From NCBI GenBank assembly GCA_011364985.1, contig RDOC01000004.1:64001-128000 (forward strand): DNA of 64,000 bases, written 5' to 3'. The stretch comes from Candidatus Thorarchaeota archaeon (lineage in GTDB: Archaea; Asgardarchaeota; Thorarchaeia; Thorarchaeales; Thorarchaeaceae). The notes under the pieces are model-generated. The model ran no database searches. It was given only the letters and a program-made list of their open reading frames with translations, and was not told where the DNA came from. Positions 18,840 through 27,048 of the stretch are shown here, one piece after another. Each line of letters opens with the position of its first letter. Position 1 is the stretch's first letter. The translations under genes and the position numbers were made by a program.

Positions 18840-20717
18840 TTATTCTTGCGAATCGGATTTCGTTTCCTTGGCTTTTCGATCAAGTATCGCGTCCAGTTCT
18901 GTAATTGTGTCAGTATCCAAGTCACGTGGTCTATTATCAGCTTCCTCGGATCCATTTTCCCGGGAATCATCTTCGTGTTCTCCGAGGGCCAAGGTAAGCT
19001 CCCGCTTGGTTTCTTCATCTATGCTGCTTGTAGTATCAGGCTCATCTTCAAGCGGGAGCACTTCCTCGCTTGAAAAGGCCTCTAGAGCGGTACCTATGTC
19101 CTCTTTCGATACTTCCTCAATTGCCGCCGATACTAAGTCGTCAGCTTCGAGTGCCTCCGCTATTAAATCCAAGGCCATTTTTGTACCATTTTCATTGGGA
19201 ATAGATGGCATTTCTGGTCGAGAAATCTCGGTTGTACCTGCGCTGAATTCTCCGTCTTTGATTTCAGATTCTTCCTGACCTTCCATGATTTCCGCCTCTT
19301 CATCATTCCCCGATTCTGCAGGACCAACTGCAATTACAGCCGCTTCTGCTTCTTCTTCCGCTGAGTCTATTATGGATTTCTCGCCTGTTTTCTGAGATCC
19401 ACCAAAGTCAATTTCCACTGATGAAACATACTGAAAGGCGTCTTTGTCTCTTTCAGAAGCAACCTTAAGCTGAAATTCTGGTGCCTCATCGATGGCTATG
19501 GCCAAATGACTTTCCTCACCTGTAACTGGTGCTTCCTCAGGTTTGGAAGGAGGCTTTTTGATGGTCCCTAGAGATTCGATGGAATCTAGCGCTTCAGCGA
19601 AATCAGAATCGGAAAAGACATCTTCAATCTCTTCCACCACTTCTTCAACAATCTCATACTCATCTGAATCTTCAATGATATGGCCATTTTCGTCAACGAA
19701 AACCTCTTCAACGACCTCAATGGTTTCGAATTCTGAACTTACTTCCTCTTCCGCTTCTAGTTGTCGTACACGGGCATCAACTTCGGCAATGGCTTCCTCG
19801 GCTGCTTCGTCGGCAAATCGAAGGAGCTGCTTCGCAGGGAGATCAGGAAGAGTAACACCAACATAGTGAGCAGCAGCGTCCATGAGAATTCTCAACATCT
19901 CGTCACGTCTGCTCTTGTCAATAGCCACCATGCTGTATGTTGGAACACCCAAGATCTTCTGGACAACTTCTGGTTTCATGACGTTGGGCTTGTCCTGTTT
20001 GTTCGCAATGGCAAAGACAGGAACCTTTGGCGCATCACGACGAATAAGTTTCAAGATATCCTTGCTGATGATTACATTCCGTAGTGATGAATCGCAGACC
20101 AAGAAGATGACGTCTGCACCATGGAAGTAGAAGCGCCAGAGCTTTCGAAATCGTTCCTGACCAGCAAAGTCCCAGAGCACAAGGGAGTAGTTGCCAAACT
20201 TGATGTTTTCAACGGTTTCAAGATTCAGTGCAATTGTTGGCACGTATTGGGTAGGGGGCGTGTCACCAAGTAGCAGGTGAAGTGTAGTTGTTTTACCAAC
20301 CCCGCCCTCTCCAACAAGTGCAATCTTTAATTTCGTTGTGACTGATGACTCGATAATTGCAGCAAAACTGTCAATTGCTGCCTTGAGACCCTCCCCTGAG
20401 ATGTATTTCCTCAATGCAGCAGCTCCATTCCTCAATCTGTCCGTAGTAGAACGCTCATCTTCTCGGGTGTCGGTGACAAATACCAGGAGTAGATCCCCAA
20501 CCACATCAGCTGCCAGAAACTTATCATCCTCAAGAATCAGTGGAAGCTCCTGGAATTCATCTCCCGAAGCCGACTTGATTTCTTCCCTCGTTGACAGAAA
20601 CTCCTGTAATTTGCTGTCTTCAGTTTCTATGGGCCAGTATTTGGTTTTCGCAATAATGGCACCGGTCGAAGGTCGCACGAGGTATGTGTTTATGATCATG
20701 GGATTCTCACCAGCCAT
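18840..20717 (-). CDS. Longin-like domain + Arf-like small GTPase + acidic low-complexity tail
   Basis: N-terminal longin-like pattern; GEGGVGKTT, PTIALN, WDFAGQERF..LWRFY and NKQD; E-rich C-terminal half. Confidence 0.85.
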   Translation of the reverse strand: MAGENPMIINTYLVRPSTGAIIAKTKYWPIETEDSKLQEFLSTREEIKSASGDEFQELPLILEDDKFLAADVVGDLLLVFVTDTREDERSTTDRLRNGAAALRKYISGEGLKAAIDSFAAIIESSVTTKLKIALVGEGGVGKTTTLHLLLGDTPPTQYVPTIALNLETVENIKFGNYSLVLWDFAGQERFRKLWRFYFHGADVIFLVCDSSLRNVIISKDILKLIRRDAPKVPVFAIANKQDKPNVMKPEVVQKILGVPTYSMVAIDKSRRDEMLRILMDAAAHYVGVTLPDLPAKQLLRFADEAAEEAIAEVDARVRQLEAEEEVSSEFETIEVVEEVFVDENGHIIEDSDEYEIVEEVVEEIEDVFSDSDFAEALDSIESLGTIKKPPSKPEEAPVTGEESHLAIAIDEAPEFQLKVASERDKDAFQYVSSVEIDFGGSQKTGEKSIIDSAEEEAEAAVIAVGPAESGNDEEAEIMEGQEESEIKDGEFSAGTTEISRPEMPSIPNENGTKMALDLIAEALEADDLVSAAIEEVSKEDIGTALEAFSSEEVLPLEDEPDTTSSIDEETKRELTLALGEHEDDSRENGSEEADNRPRDLDTDTITELDAILDRKAKETKSDSQE

Positions 20718-20869
20718 TATCAAGAAGTGGAATACAGACCCAAGCCTATTCTTGTCCCAATATGGATTAAAACATATTCAGGGTAGACCCGTTAGGTCCA
20801 TTATTCCACTTATAGAATATGAAGACGGCATAACACATTCGGATAGAGATTTTCAGCCAAGAAATGAGG

Positions 20870-21258
20870 GGGGACGCAGAGTTCCGCCAGAGCAGCACTC
20901 CGCATCCGTCGTGCCTTCAAGCCGAACGCACAACAGAATTCAGTTATGTGCAAGTCTCGTTTGCAAGGGGATTCATCCCCTCGGAAGCAAAGCTCCGAGA
21001 GTCCAATGCTAGAACTCGTGAATAGGGACCGTGTGTTGCGAATTCGAGTTCTTATGACGGGGAATTGCACGTTCAGCCTATGCTGAAGGCATTCGTTCAA
21101 AGGAAAGACAGCATAAGAAGATTTCTGGTCCCCGATATTCCGAAAAGACGTTTCATAGAGTGCAAGGCTAGTCCAAAAAAGACTCTAATGTTTCTTGTCT
21201 TGTGAAAAGGAGAGGGGTCGAACCATTTGGCCTAGCCTTGCGAAAGAAAGCAAGGCTA
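20870..21258. ncRNA. Candidate structured non-coding RNA or leader, family unknown (element 1)
   Basis: Nested stems TGCCTTCA/TGAAGGCA, GTGCAA/TTGCAC, GGGGA/TCCCC, CTCGG/CCGAG, AGAACTCG/CGAGTTCT and GCAAGGCTAG/CTAGCCTTGC in a ~530-nt intergenic gap. Confidence 0.5.
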
Positions 21259-22395
21259 CCTCGGGAAATTGTCCCTGAGTAATCTGAGATGATGGTGGAC
21301 CATCTCCATGGCCCTCGGGTCATCAGGATCCTTTTCCAAGTCTGTCACAAGGGTCTGAAGGAAGTATTCTGGGAAGAAGAGCCGTACTCTGATATCATTA
21401 AGCAGGAACAGCCATTTATCGTATTCGCCAGAGGGCCCCTTTCGTCTTCTTTCTGATACTACTCTGAACTTCTTCAAGTTCTGAATGGCCTCCTTAAGCT
21501 CCTTTGGCGGAATTCCAAGAGTCGCCTCCAACTCTGAGATGTTTACAGGGCGCCTTCTTAACTCACTGAGTACATCATAGCTGTCTGGGTCTGCAAGAAT
21601 CTGAGCCACTGAAACGGTGTCCTCAGGCGTTTTCTGCCATTCTGTGAGAAATTCAAGGACTTCAGATTTATATTCGGCAGCAAGTTCGGGGTCAAGTATG
21701 GAGCTGGCAGCTTCCATTGCGAGCAGAGGAGGCGCACGAAATACCTCAATGTCCTTGATCATAAAGATGCAGGTTCGGCCAATCTCATCGACCCATTCCG
21801 CTTTCACGAGTCCAAGTTCTTCGAATGGGGAGAGAATGGAATCCACGCTCACACTAGGAAGACCGGTTACCATCTTGAGCCACTCCTCCAAATCCTCTTT
21901 CGAGATTCCACCCTTCCAGAGTTTCGGAAAGACTGCACGGGAAATTTCGTCAGAGAATAATCGTGCCAATCTTGACTCATCCGTCATTCCAGCTAGACGG
22001 ATGATTCTTCGGTATGTATTATCAAGTTCCGTTTGAAACTCGGCATCTGTCATTGAAACAACAGCATTGGTCAATGGGGAAACGATAGAAGTAATGGCAG
22101 CCTCATAGGTCTTGGGATCTTCCGACGGTGTAAGCAATAAAGAAACGCAATATTGCTCTTCCTCTCTGACGATTCCAGTGTAATAAGAGGCCACATTGTA
22201 CTCCTCACCCCCAATTCTAACGCTCAGCGATGAGAATCCAGCAGTGGCATCACCCATGGCATGAGAGGTGAAGATACGCATAATCTCCGTGTTAAGATCT
22301 TCCCTGTAGTAATCTGCAAAATCGGATGGAACCTTTGCTTTTAACACAGCACCGATCTTACTATCCCAGTCAATTAGGAGCATCGCGACAGGCAT
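21256..22395 (-). CDS. uDENN/longin (NPRL2-like) domain protein with C-terminal winged-helix domains
   Basis: N-terminus MLLIDWDSKIGAVLKAKVPSDF; wHTH segments such as VLSELRRRPVNISELEATLGIPPKELKEAIQNLKKFRVV. Confidence 0.7.
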   Translation of the reverse strand: MPVAMLLIDWDSKIGAVLKAKVPSDFADYYREDLNTEIMRIFTSHAMGDATAGFSSLSVRIGGEEYNVASYYTGIVREEEQYCVSLLLTPSEDPKTYEAAITSIVSPLTNAVVSMTDAEFQTELDNTYRRIIRLAGMTDESRLARLFSDEISRAVFPKLWKGGISKEDLEEWLKMVTGLPSVSVDSILSPFEELGLVKAEWVDEIGRTCIFMIKDIEVFRAPPLLAMEAASSILDPELAAEYKSEVLEFLTEWQKTPEDTVSVAQILADPDSYDVLSELRRRPVNISELEATLGIPPKELKEAIQNLKKFRVVSERRRKGPSGEYDKWLFLLNDIRVRLFFPEYFLQTLVTDLEKDPDDPRAMEMVHHHLRLLRDNFPR

Positions 22396-22512
22396 TTTCC
22401 TTCTCTCCAATCCCTACTTGAGGCAGCCCTGTTTCATTAGGTTTCGCGCTGTCGTACTAAAAAACCTTGTCACTAGGGGATTCGCACAATAATGAAAAGG
22501 GCATTTAACACA

Positions 22513-23175
22513 TCAGTTCTTACCTCTTTCGAGGTGTTTTTCATTGCCAATATACCTTATGATTTGTTGTAACACATCAAAGTAGACAACCTCAAGGTCT
22601 CTTGAAGCATCCACTAGGACAAGATTTCCAGTATCACGTTCAACCATCTCAAGATACGCCTGCCGAACACGCAAAAGACGATCGTACTGCTCGAACTGCT
22701 GGTTCAGGTCCTCCTCTCTTCCGCCAATCCGCCTTAGTCCAATTTCAACTGAAACGTCCAGGATGAAGACCATATCAGGTTCGGGCGCATGAATCTCCTC
22801 TCGATTTCGCTTCAGAATATCTTCCCATGGAATACCGGTACTAGTGGTCTGATAGGCTCCTGTCGCAAAGAAGTATCTGTCCATTATGACGACCTTGCCT
22901 TCGGCCAGAGCTGGAGATATTCGGTTCTTGGCATTCCATTCCCTGTCTTTGATGAAGAGAGTCAGTTCCTCGTCCGGAGTCAACTCGCCTTTTGGTGACC
23001 TTAATCTAATCTCTTGACCCCATTTGCTTTCGCTTGTTGGTTCTCTAAGGTGGATCACATGCACACCTTCTTTTCGCAGGGCTTCTACAACCATGAGGCA
23101 AACCGTAGTCTTCCCCGAACCATCAATGCCCTCTACTACAAAAAGATAACCAGTTCTACCTAGGTCGAAATTCAA
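22513..23175 (-). CDS. tmk: Thymidylate kinase
   Basis: VEGIDGSGKTT, REPT, MDRY..AYQ and PDMVFILD. Confidence 0.95.
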   Translation of the reverse strand: MNFDLGRTGYLFVVEGIDGSGKTTVCLMVVEALRKEGVHVIHLREPTSESKWGQEIRLRSPKGELTPDEELTLFIKDREWNAKNRISPALAEGKVVIMDRYFFATGAYQTTSTGIPWEDILKRNREEIHAPEPDMVFILDVSVEIGLRRIGGREEDLNQQFEQYDRLLRVRQAYLEMVERDTGNLVLVDASRDLEVVYFDVLQQIIRYIGNEKHLERGKN

Positions 23176-23290
23176 CTACATTTGACTCCTGCATTATTGA
23201 GCAGCTAGTTTCGAATCTATGAATGTAATAGGTTCATCGGTAATACGGTAATACCGGGATACTGACAATTCCTGTCCATACAATACTTAT

Positions 23291-23520
23291 TAGTCTCTGT
23301 AGAGAAGATAGATTGAGGACCCAGGGGATCTATTGTCTATGTGAGACTGGGGCACGTGAAGTGGAAAATCGGTTGGGCATCCCTCCCATGTAACCAACTG
23401 CGATAGCGACTTGCGTCCAACCGCGTTCGTTCTTAAGATCCCCTTAAGCGGGGGATGGTCCCCTTGCAGAGTTCTTATGCCCTCGATCCACAAGTCACGT
23501 GTCATCCTCTTATCGCCCAG
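23291..23520. ncRNA. Candidate structured non-coding RNA or leader, family unknown (element 2)
   Basis: Nested stems CTGGG/CCCAG, CACGTGA/TCACGTG, GTGGA/TCCAC and GGGCAT/ATGCCC enclose three hairpins; a separate hairpin lies at 23291-23349. Confidence 0.5.
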
Positions 23521-23562
23521 TGCGCTTTACACCTTACAATCCAATGAGATTCGGACAATCAG

Positions 23563-23598
23563 TTTTATATAGGAGATAGGATAGGATAACCTATCCTA
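23563..23598 (+). promoter_or_regulatory. TATA box plus a perfect 9-bp inverted repeat (candidate operator)
   Basis: TTTTATAT at 23563-23570, then TAGGATAGG-ATAA-CCTATCCTA at 23577-23598, just before the operon start. Confidence 0.55.
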
Positions 23599-23609
23599 CG
23601 GTGTTGTGG

Positions 23610-24113
23610 ATGAGAACATATCTTTGCATAACCTTGATGCTTGCCATTATTCTTCAATGCGTTTCGGCAGTGTCCACAGTGGCAGTGACCCAAAATGATG
23701 GGTCTTACTTCTTGTCCAGCAACAACTTGACCTTGAAGGTAGACTTTGGCAATGGAACAGTTCTCAGCTTTCAGAATCTGAATGGAAGTGATGTCTATAA
23801 TGTCACGAATTCTGCTACAGATGTTGAGGTTGAGTGGTATGGGGATTTGGTCTTTGTTACATCCATTGCTGGGGTATCTAATGATCCTGATGCAGGCCTA
23901 TGGTGGCAATACTGGGTCAATGATGAACTTGGATCAGTAGCTGCAAATAAGTATCAAGTGAATAATGGAGACCTCATCGAATGGAAGCGTCTAGATCCCG
24001 GAACCACATCCATTGCTCCAAGTAATGGATTGATCGAAGGGATAGTAATTGTAGGAGCGTTTGGAATTGCTTTCTTGCTAATTCTGATGATACTAAACAG
24101 GAGAAGACAATAA
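23610..24113 (+). CDS. DUF4430/transcobalamin C-terminal-like surface protein (putative cobalamin-binding)
   Basis: Signal peptide; FVTSIAGV..WWQYWVN..VAANKYQVNNGDLIEW; C-terminal TM helix. Confidence 0.8.
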   Translation: MRTYLCITLMLAIILQCVSAVSTVAVTQNDGSYFLSSNNLTLKVDFGNGTVLSFQNLNGSDVYNVTNSATDVEVEWYGDLVFVTSIAGVSNDPDAGLWWQYWVNDELGSVAANKYQVNNGDLIEWKRLDPGTTSIAPSNGLIEGIVIVGAFGIAFLLILMILNRRRQ

Positions 24114-24860
24114 TTGAAATGCAGAAAAATACTCACCATATTCCTCTTACTACAGATCATGGCGCTATCTGTGGCTGTGGCATCTACGAACTACTATGAA
24201 GCTCTATCTCCCACATTAACAGAGCGAACAAGATTGTCATGGAGTGTGCTTGAAAGCCCCTCTGTTGCAGTTGAGTGGGGATGGAGTGGAGAAGGTTCTT
24301 GGATTATAGGTGAAGGAGAAGAAGTCTCATTTCTCGTTCAGAGGATTCATGATGATGTGGAAGGACAGCTGACTCTTGGCAATTTCTCGATACTGGCGAA
24401 TAATACGGACATTGCAAGAGAACTCGTCTTTGGAATCTGGGGTCTACCACCCTTCTTTCCTGGCCTAGTTGTAGAAACTGGCCAGAGTAGCATGAACAAA
24501 TTAAATGAAACAGCATACGCTTCAGCAGAGAGAGTATCCGGAAATTACCTCAATGGAACCATGGAGTCATCATATAACCAAGTTATAATTGGTGAAACGA
24601 CATACAATTGTATCATATTCAATTATGAGCAAGACCCAACTGGTTTTAGTGAACCCCAAATCACGGAGCTTGCTTATGACCTAGACACCGGAGTCTTGGT
24701 CAGAGCTAATACAAGCTATTCCTTTGGAACACCATACATATTGACCTTGGAACTTGCGTCGATAGCTAAAGAACCATCTCAGTTTACAATCCTACTATTG
24801 GCAGGAATATCGGGAATCATTGCCCTAGTTGTTGTGATGATTCTTCTCAAGCGGAGATAA
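24114..24860 (+). CDS. Secreted, membrane-anchored hypothetical protein
   Basis: Signal peptide, beta-rich body, C-terminal TM helix followed by KRR. Confidence 0.75.
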   Translation: MKCRKILTIFLLLQIMALSVAVASTNYYEALSPTLTERTRLSWSVLESPSVAVEWGWSGEGSWIIGEGEEVSFLVQRIHDDVEGQLTLGNFSILANNTDIARELVFGIWGLPPFFPGLVVETGQSSMNKLNETAYASAERVSGNYLNGTMESSYNQVIIGETTYNCIIFNYEQDPTGFSEPQITELAYDLDTGVLVRANTSYSFGTPYILTLELASIAKEPSQFTILLLAGISGIIALVVVMILLKRR

Positions 24861-24874
24861 ACGGGGGAATAAGA

Positions 24875-25462
24875 ATGAACGATTCAAGTGCAAGGAAGAA
24901 GATTAGTCCAAGTCGATGGATTTCCATTGCATCAATGATGACTGCCCTTGCACTTGTAGGGAATTATGCGTTTGTGGCAATTCCAAATGTAGAGCTCGGA
25001 TCAACAATACTGCTCATAACGTCGTATATTTTTGGGTTCAAGATGGGAATTTGGGTCACCCTAATAATGGCAGCGATTTTTGGCTCAATCAATCCTTGGG
25101 GAACTCTTATTCCTCAGATATGGATTACCCAAGTCATTGGTTGGATCTATATCGCTCTCTCCGGGGGAATCATGAGCAGGAATCTTGATACAAGGTTGAC
25201 AGATCGATGGAGTCCATTCGAGTTTGGAGTTGTGGGTCTCATTGCTACTCTCTTTTTTGACCTTATAACAAACATAGGATACTCCTGGGCGTTTTCTGTA
25301 CCTTTTTGGATAGCACTTGTTTTGGGGTTGCCATTCTTACTGATACATGTCACTTCGAATATGATTCTCTTTGCAGCTGCAATACCTAGGATTAGTTCGA
25401 TTATCGGAAAGCAGTTTGCTCCATATATCTGGCAAACAGACGAACTACTGAGCGAAGAGTAA
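24875..25462 (+). CDS. ECF transporter S component (CbrT-like, probably cobalamin)
   Basis: About six TM helices; IPNVE motif, FFDLITN and HVTSN; in an operon with the DUF4430 gene. Confidence 0.78.
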   Translation: MNDSSARKKISPSRWISIASMMTALALVGNYAFVAIPNVELGSTILLITSYIFGFKMGIWVTLIMAAIFGSINPWGTLIPQIWITQVIGWIYIALSGGIMSRNLDTRLTDRWSPFEFGVVGLIATLFFDLITNIGYSWAFSVPFWIALVLGLPFLLIHVTSNMILFAAAIPRISSIIGKQFAPYIWQTDELLSEE

Positions 25463-25489
25463 AAAGACAAACGAATACTGGTGTAGTGA

Positions 25490-26131
25490 GTGTGTTCCGG
25501 ATTGTCATGGAAAGAAGAGATTGTGCATCTTGCAGAACCAGCTGATGGTCGTGTAGCACCAGCGTTTAAACCACATCACGCTGCTGTTGCCTTAGTCATG
25601 ATTGGCCGCGAGCAACCTCTAGGACGATATGACCTTTGTGCGGCGATGTCTATCGGAGAAGGCAGTGCGCGAACTCTTCTAAAACGACTTGGAGAAGCTG
25701 GTTTGATCACTGCTGAAGGCAGACAAGGCCAAAGATTGACACATGCCGGGCAAGCCCTGTTTGATGCAATCTCAAAAGATATCCCAAGAGGTTTCTTCCT
25801 CGACCTCCGAAAAGCCGTAACTCATGAATCAGCATTTGCCAATCTGGTGAAAGGACGAGCTGACAGGGTAAAGGATGGGATTAGACAACGCGACGAAGCC
25901 ATCATTCAGGGAGGCTATGGAATGGCAGGTGCTACCACTCTGATTATCAAGAATGGGGCATTGTTAATGCCTCCGGATGATTTCCACATGCTCCGAGAAT
26001 ATCAAGAGGAAGCCCTTCTATTAATGGGTAGTCTGAGACCCGAGGAAAAGGACGTGATTGTCATTGGTTCTGCAGATGATGAGCGGCTTGCGAGAGAGGT
26101 TTCGATGGCGGCAGTTCTAACACTCTTTTGA
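25490..26131 (+). CDS. HTH + DUF4443-like putative regulator
   Basis: PLGRYDL..IGEGSARTLLKRL; DGIRQRDEAI..GATT. Confidence 0.75.
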   Translation: MCSGLSWKEEIVHLAEPADGRVAPAFKPHHAAVALVMIGREQPLGRYDLCAAMSIGEGSARTLLKRLGEAGLITAEGRQGQRLTHAGQALFDAISKDIPRGFFLDLRKAVTHESAFANLVKGRADRVKDGIRQRDEAIIQGGYGMAGATTLIIKNGALLMPPDDFHMLREYQEEALLLMGSLRPEEKDVIVIGSADDERLAREVSMAAVLTLF

Positions 26132-26142
26132 GAGGGTTCACA

Positions 26143-26976
26143 ATGCAAATGGATCTCTTCGGCAATGTTCCCGAGATAGTGATTGACATTCACGAAACAA
26201 AAGGAAGACGAATCAATTCGGTAAAGCATCTCATTTCGATGCTGGAGAAGGAAAGAATCCACTATACTGTACAGAAAATCCCAATTGGTGATGTTCTGGG
26301 TCCCAACGGAATAGCGATTGAGAGAAAGACCATCAACGATCTAGTCAATACTCTGAAAGGCAGTGCATCTGGAGTCCCGCGATTTACGAAACAAATGAAT
26401 GCTCTCTTGGAGTATGAAAAGCCGTACCTCCTTATCGAGAACTACTTAGCGATACGGCGGGATCCAATGAAGGGCTGCATATACGTTCCCTTCAAGACAA
26501 AGCAGACCAAAGGAAGACCGTACGTTGTAACTATGGAGAGAGTAAGTTACATCCATCCTTCGGCCCTAGATGCTCTGATAGACAGCATCAGAGAACAAGG
26601 CATAGAGATACTCTCAGGATTCAATGCTCTACATTCTGCAGGTCTTTTGTATGGAGTTCTAAGAGATGATGGTACACTCTCCCATGATGCCAAAGAGAAG
26701 AGGCTGCCGGTAATCAGAACTCGGAAGGGTCTGAATTCAGTATTTGATGAACAGGAATTCCTTGTTGCAGGATTTCCTTGTGTCAATGTTGTTAGAGCAA
26801 GAAGCCTTCTGGAAAAATTCGGAACACCTTTTGAGGTTCTGAGCCGAACTGATGAATGGACAAAGGTTTCAGGGATTGGCCCCAAGACTGTTGAATCTGC
26901 AAGAAAGATCCTTTATTCGGATTATTCGCCGATAAGAAAGGAAGAAGCCCCTGAAAGTGAATCGGAAACAGAATAG
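26143..26976 (+). CDS. xpf: Short XPF/ERCC4 structure-specific endonuclease with HhH2
   Basis: VIDIHE, GD, ERKTINDL; HhH motif VSGIGPK. Confidence 0.85.
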   Translation: MQMDLFGNVPEIVIDIHETKGRRINSVKHLISMLEKERIHYTVQKIPIGDVLGPNGIAIERKTINDLVNTLKGSASGVPRFTKQMNALLEYEKPYLLIENYLAIRRDPMKGCIYVPFKTKQTKGRPYVVTMERVSYIHPSALDALIDSIREQGIEILSGFNALHSAGLLYGVLRDDGTLSHDAKEKRLPVIRTRKGLNSVFDEQEFLVAGFPCVNVVRARSLLEKFGTPFEVLSRTDEWTKVSGIGPKTVESARKILYSDYSPIRKEEAPESESETE

Positions 26977-27048
26977 GCTTAGCTCGCAAGTTTTAAAAGC
27001 TGTAACTATTCTATGGCCAGAGAATACTACTCGGATGGTGTCAACCAG

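Noticed and set aside
20338-21012. 224-aa plus-strand ORF
   Set aside because: Largely antisense to the longin-GTPase gene, with a Ser-rich shadow composition.
20870-21120. RNase P or SRP RNA
   Set aside because: No GAGGAAAGUCC with a matching P4 partner, and the AACAGAA- and AGGAAAG-like pieces are in the wrong order. No SRP helix-8 CAGG/GNRA/AGCA motif on either strand.
21210-21226. tRNA fragment (GGTTCGACCCC on the minus strand)
   Set aside because: No cloverleaf or acceptor stem around it.
20962-23468. Inverted motif pair as terminal repeats of a transposon
   Set aside because: No transposase or target-site duplication; the enclosed genes are ordinary (tmk); the motifs are internal to larger folds.
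23291-23520. Canonical cobalamin riboswitch upstream of the ECF operon
   Set aside because: Lacks the AGGGAA..GGUG.AA.UCC, GCCACUG and B12-box motifs, and a separate TATA box lies downstream.
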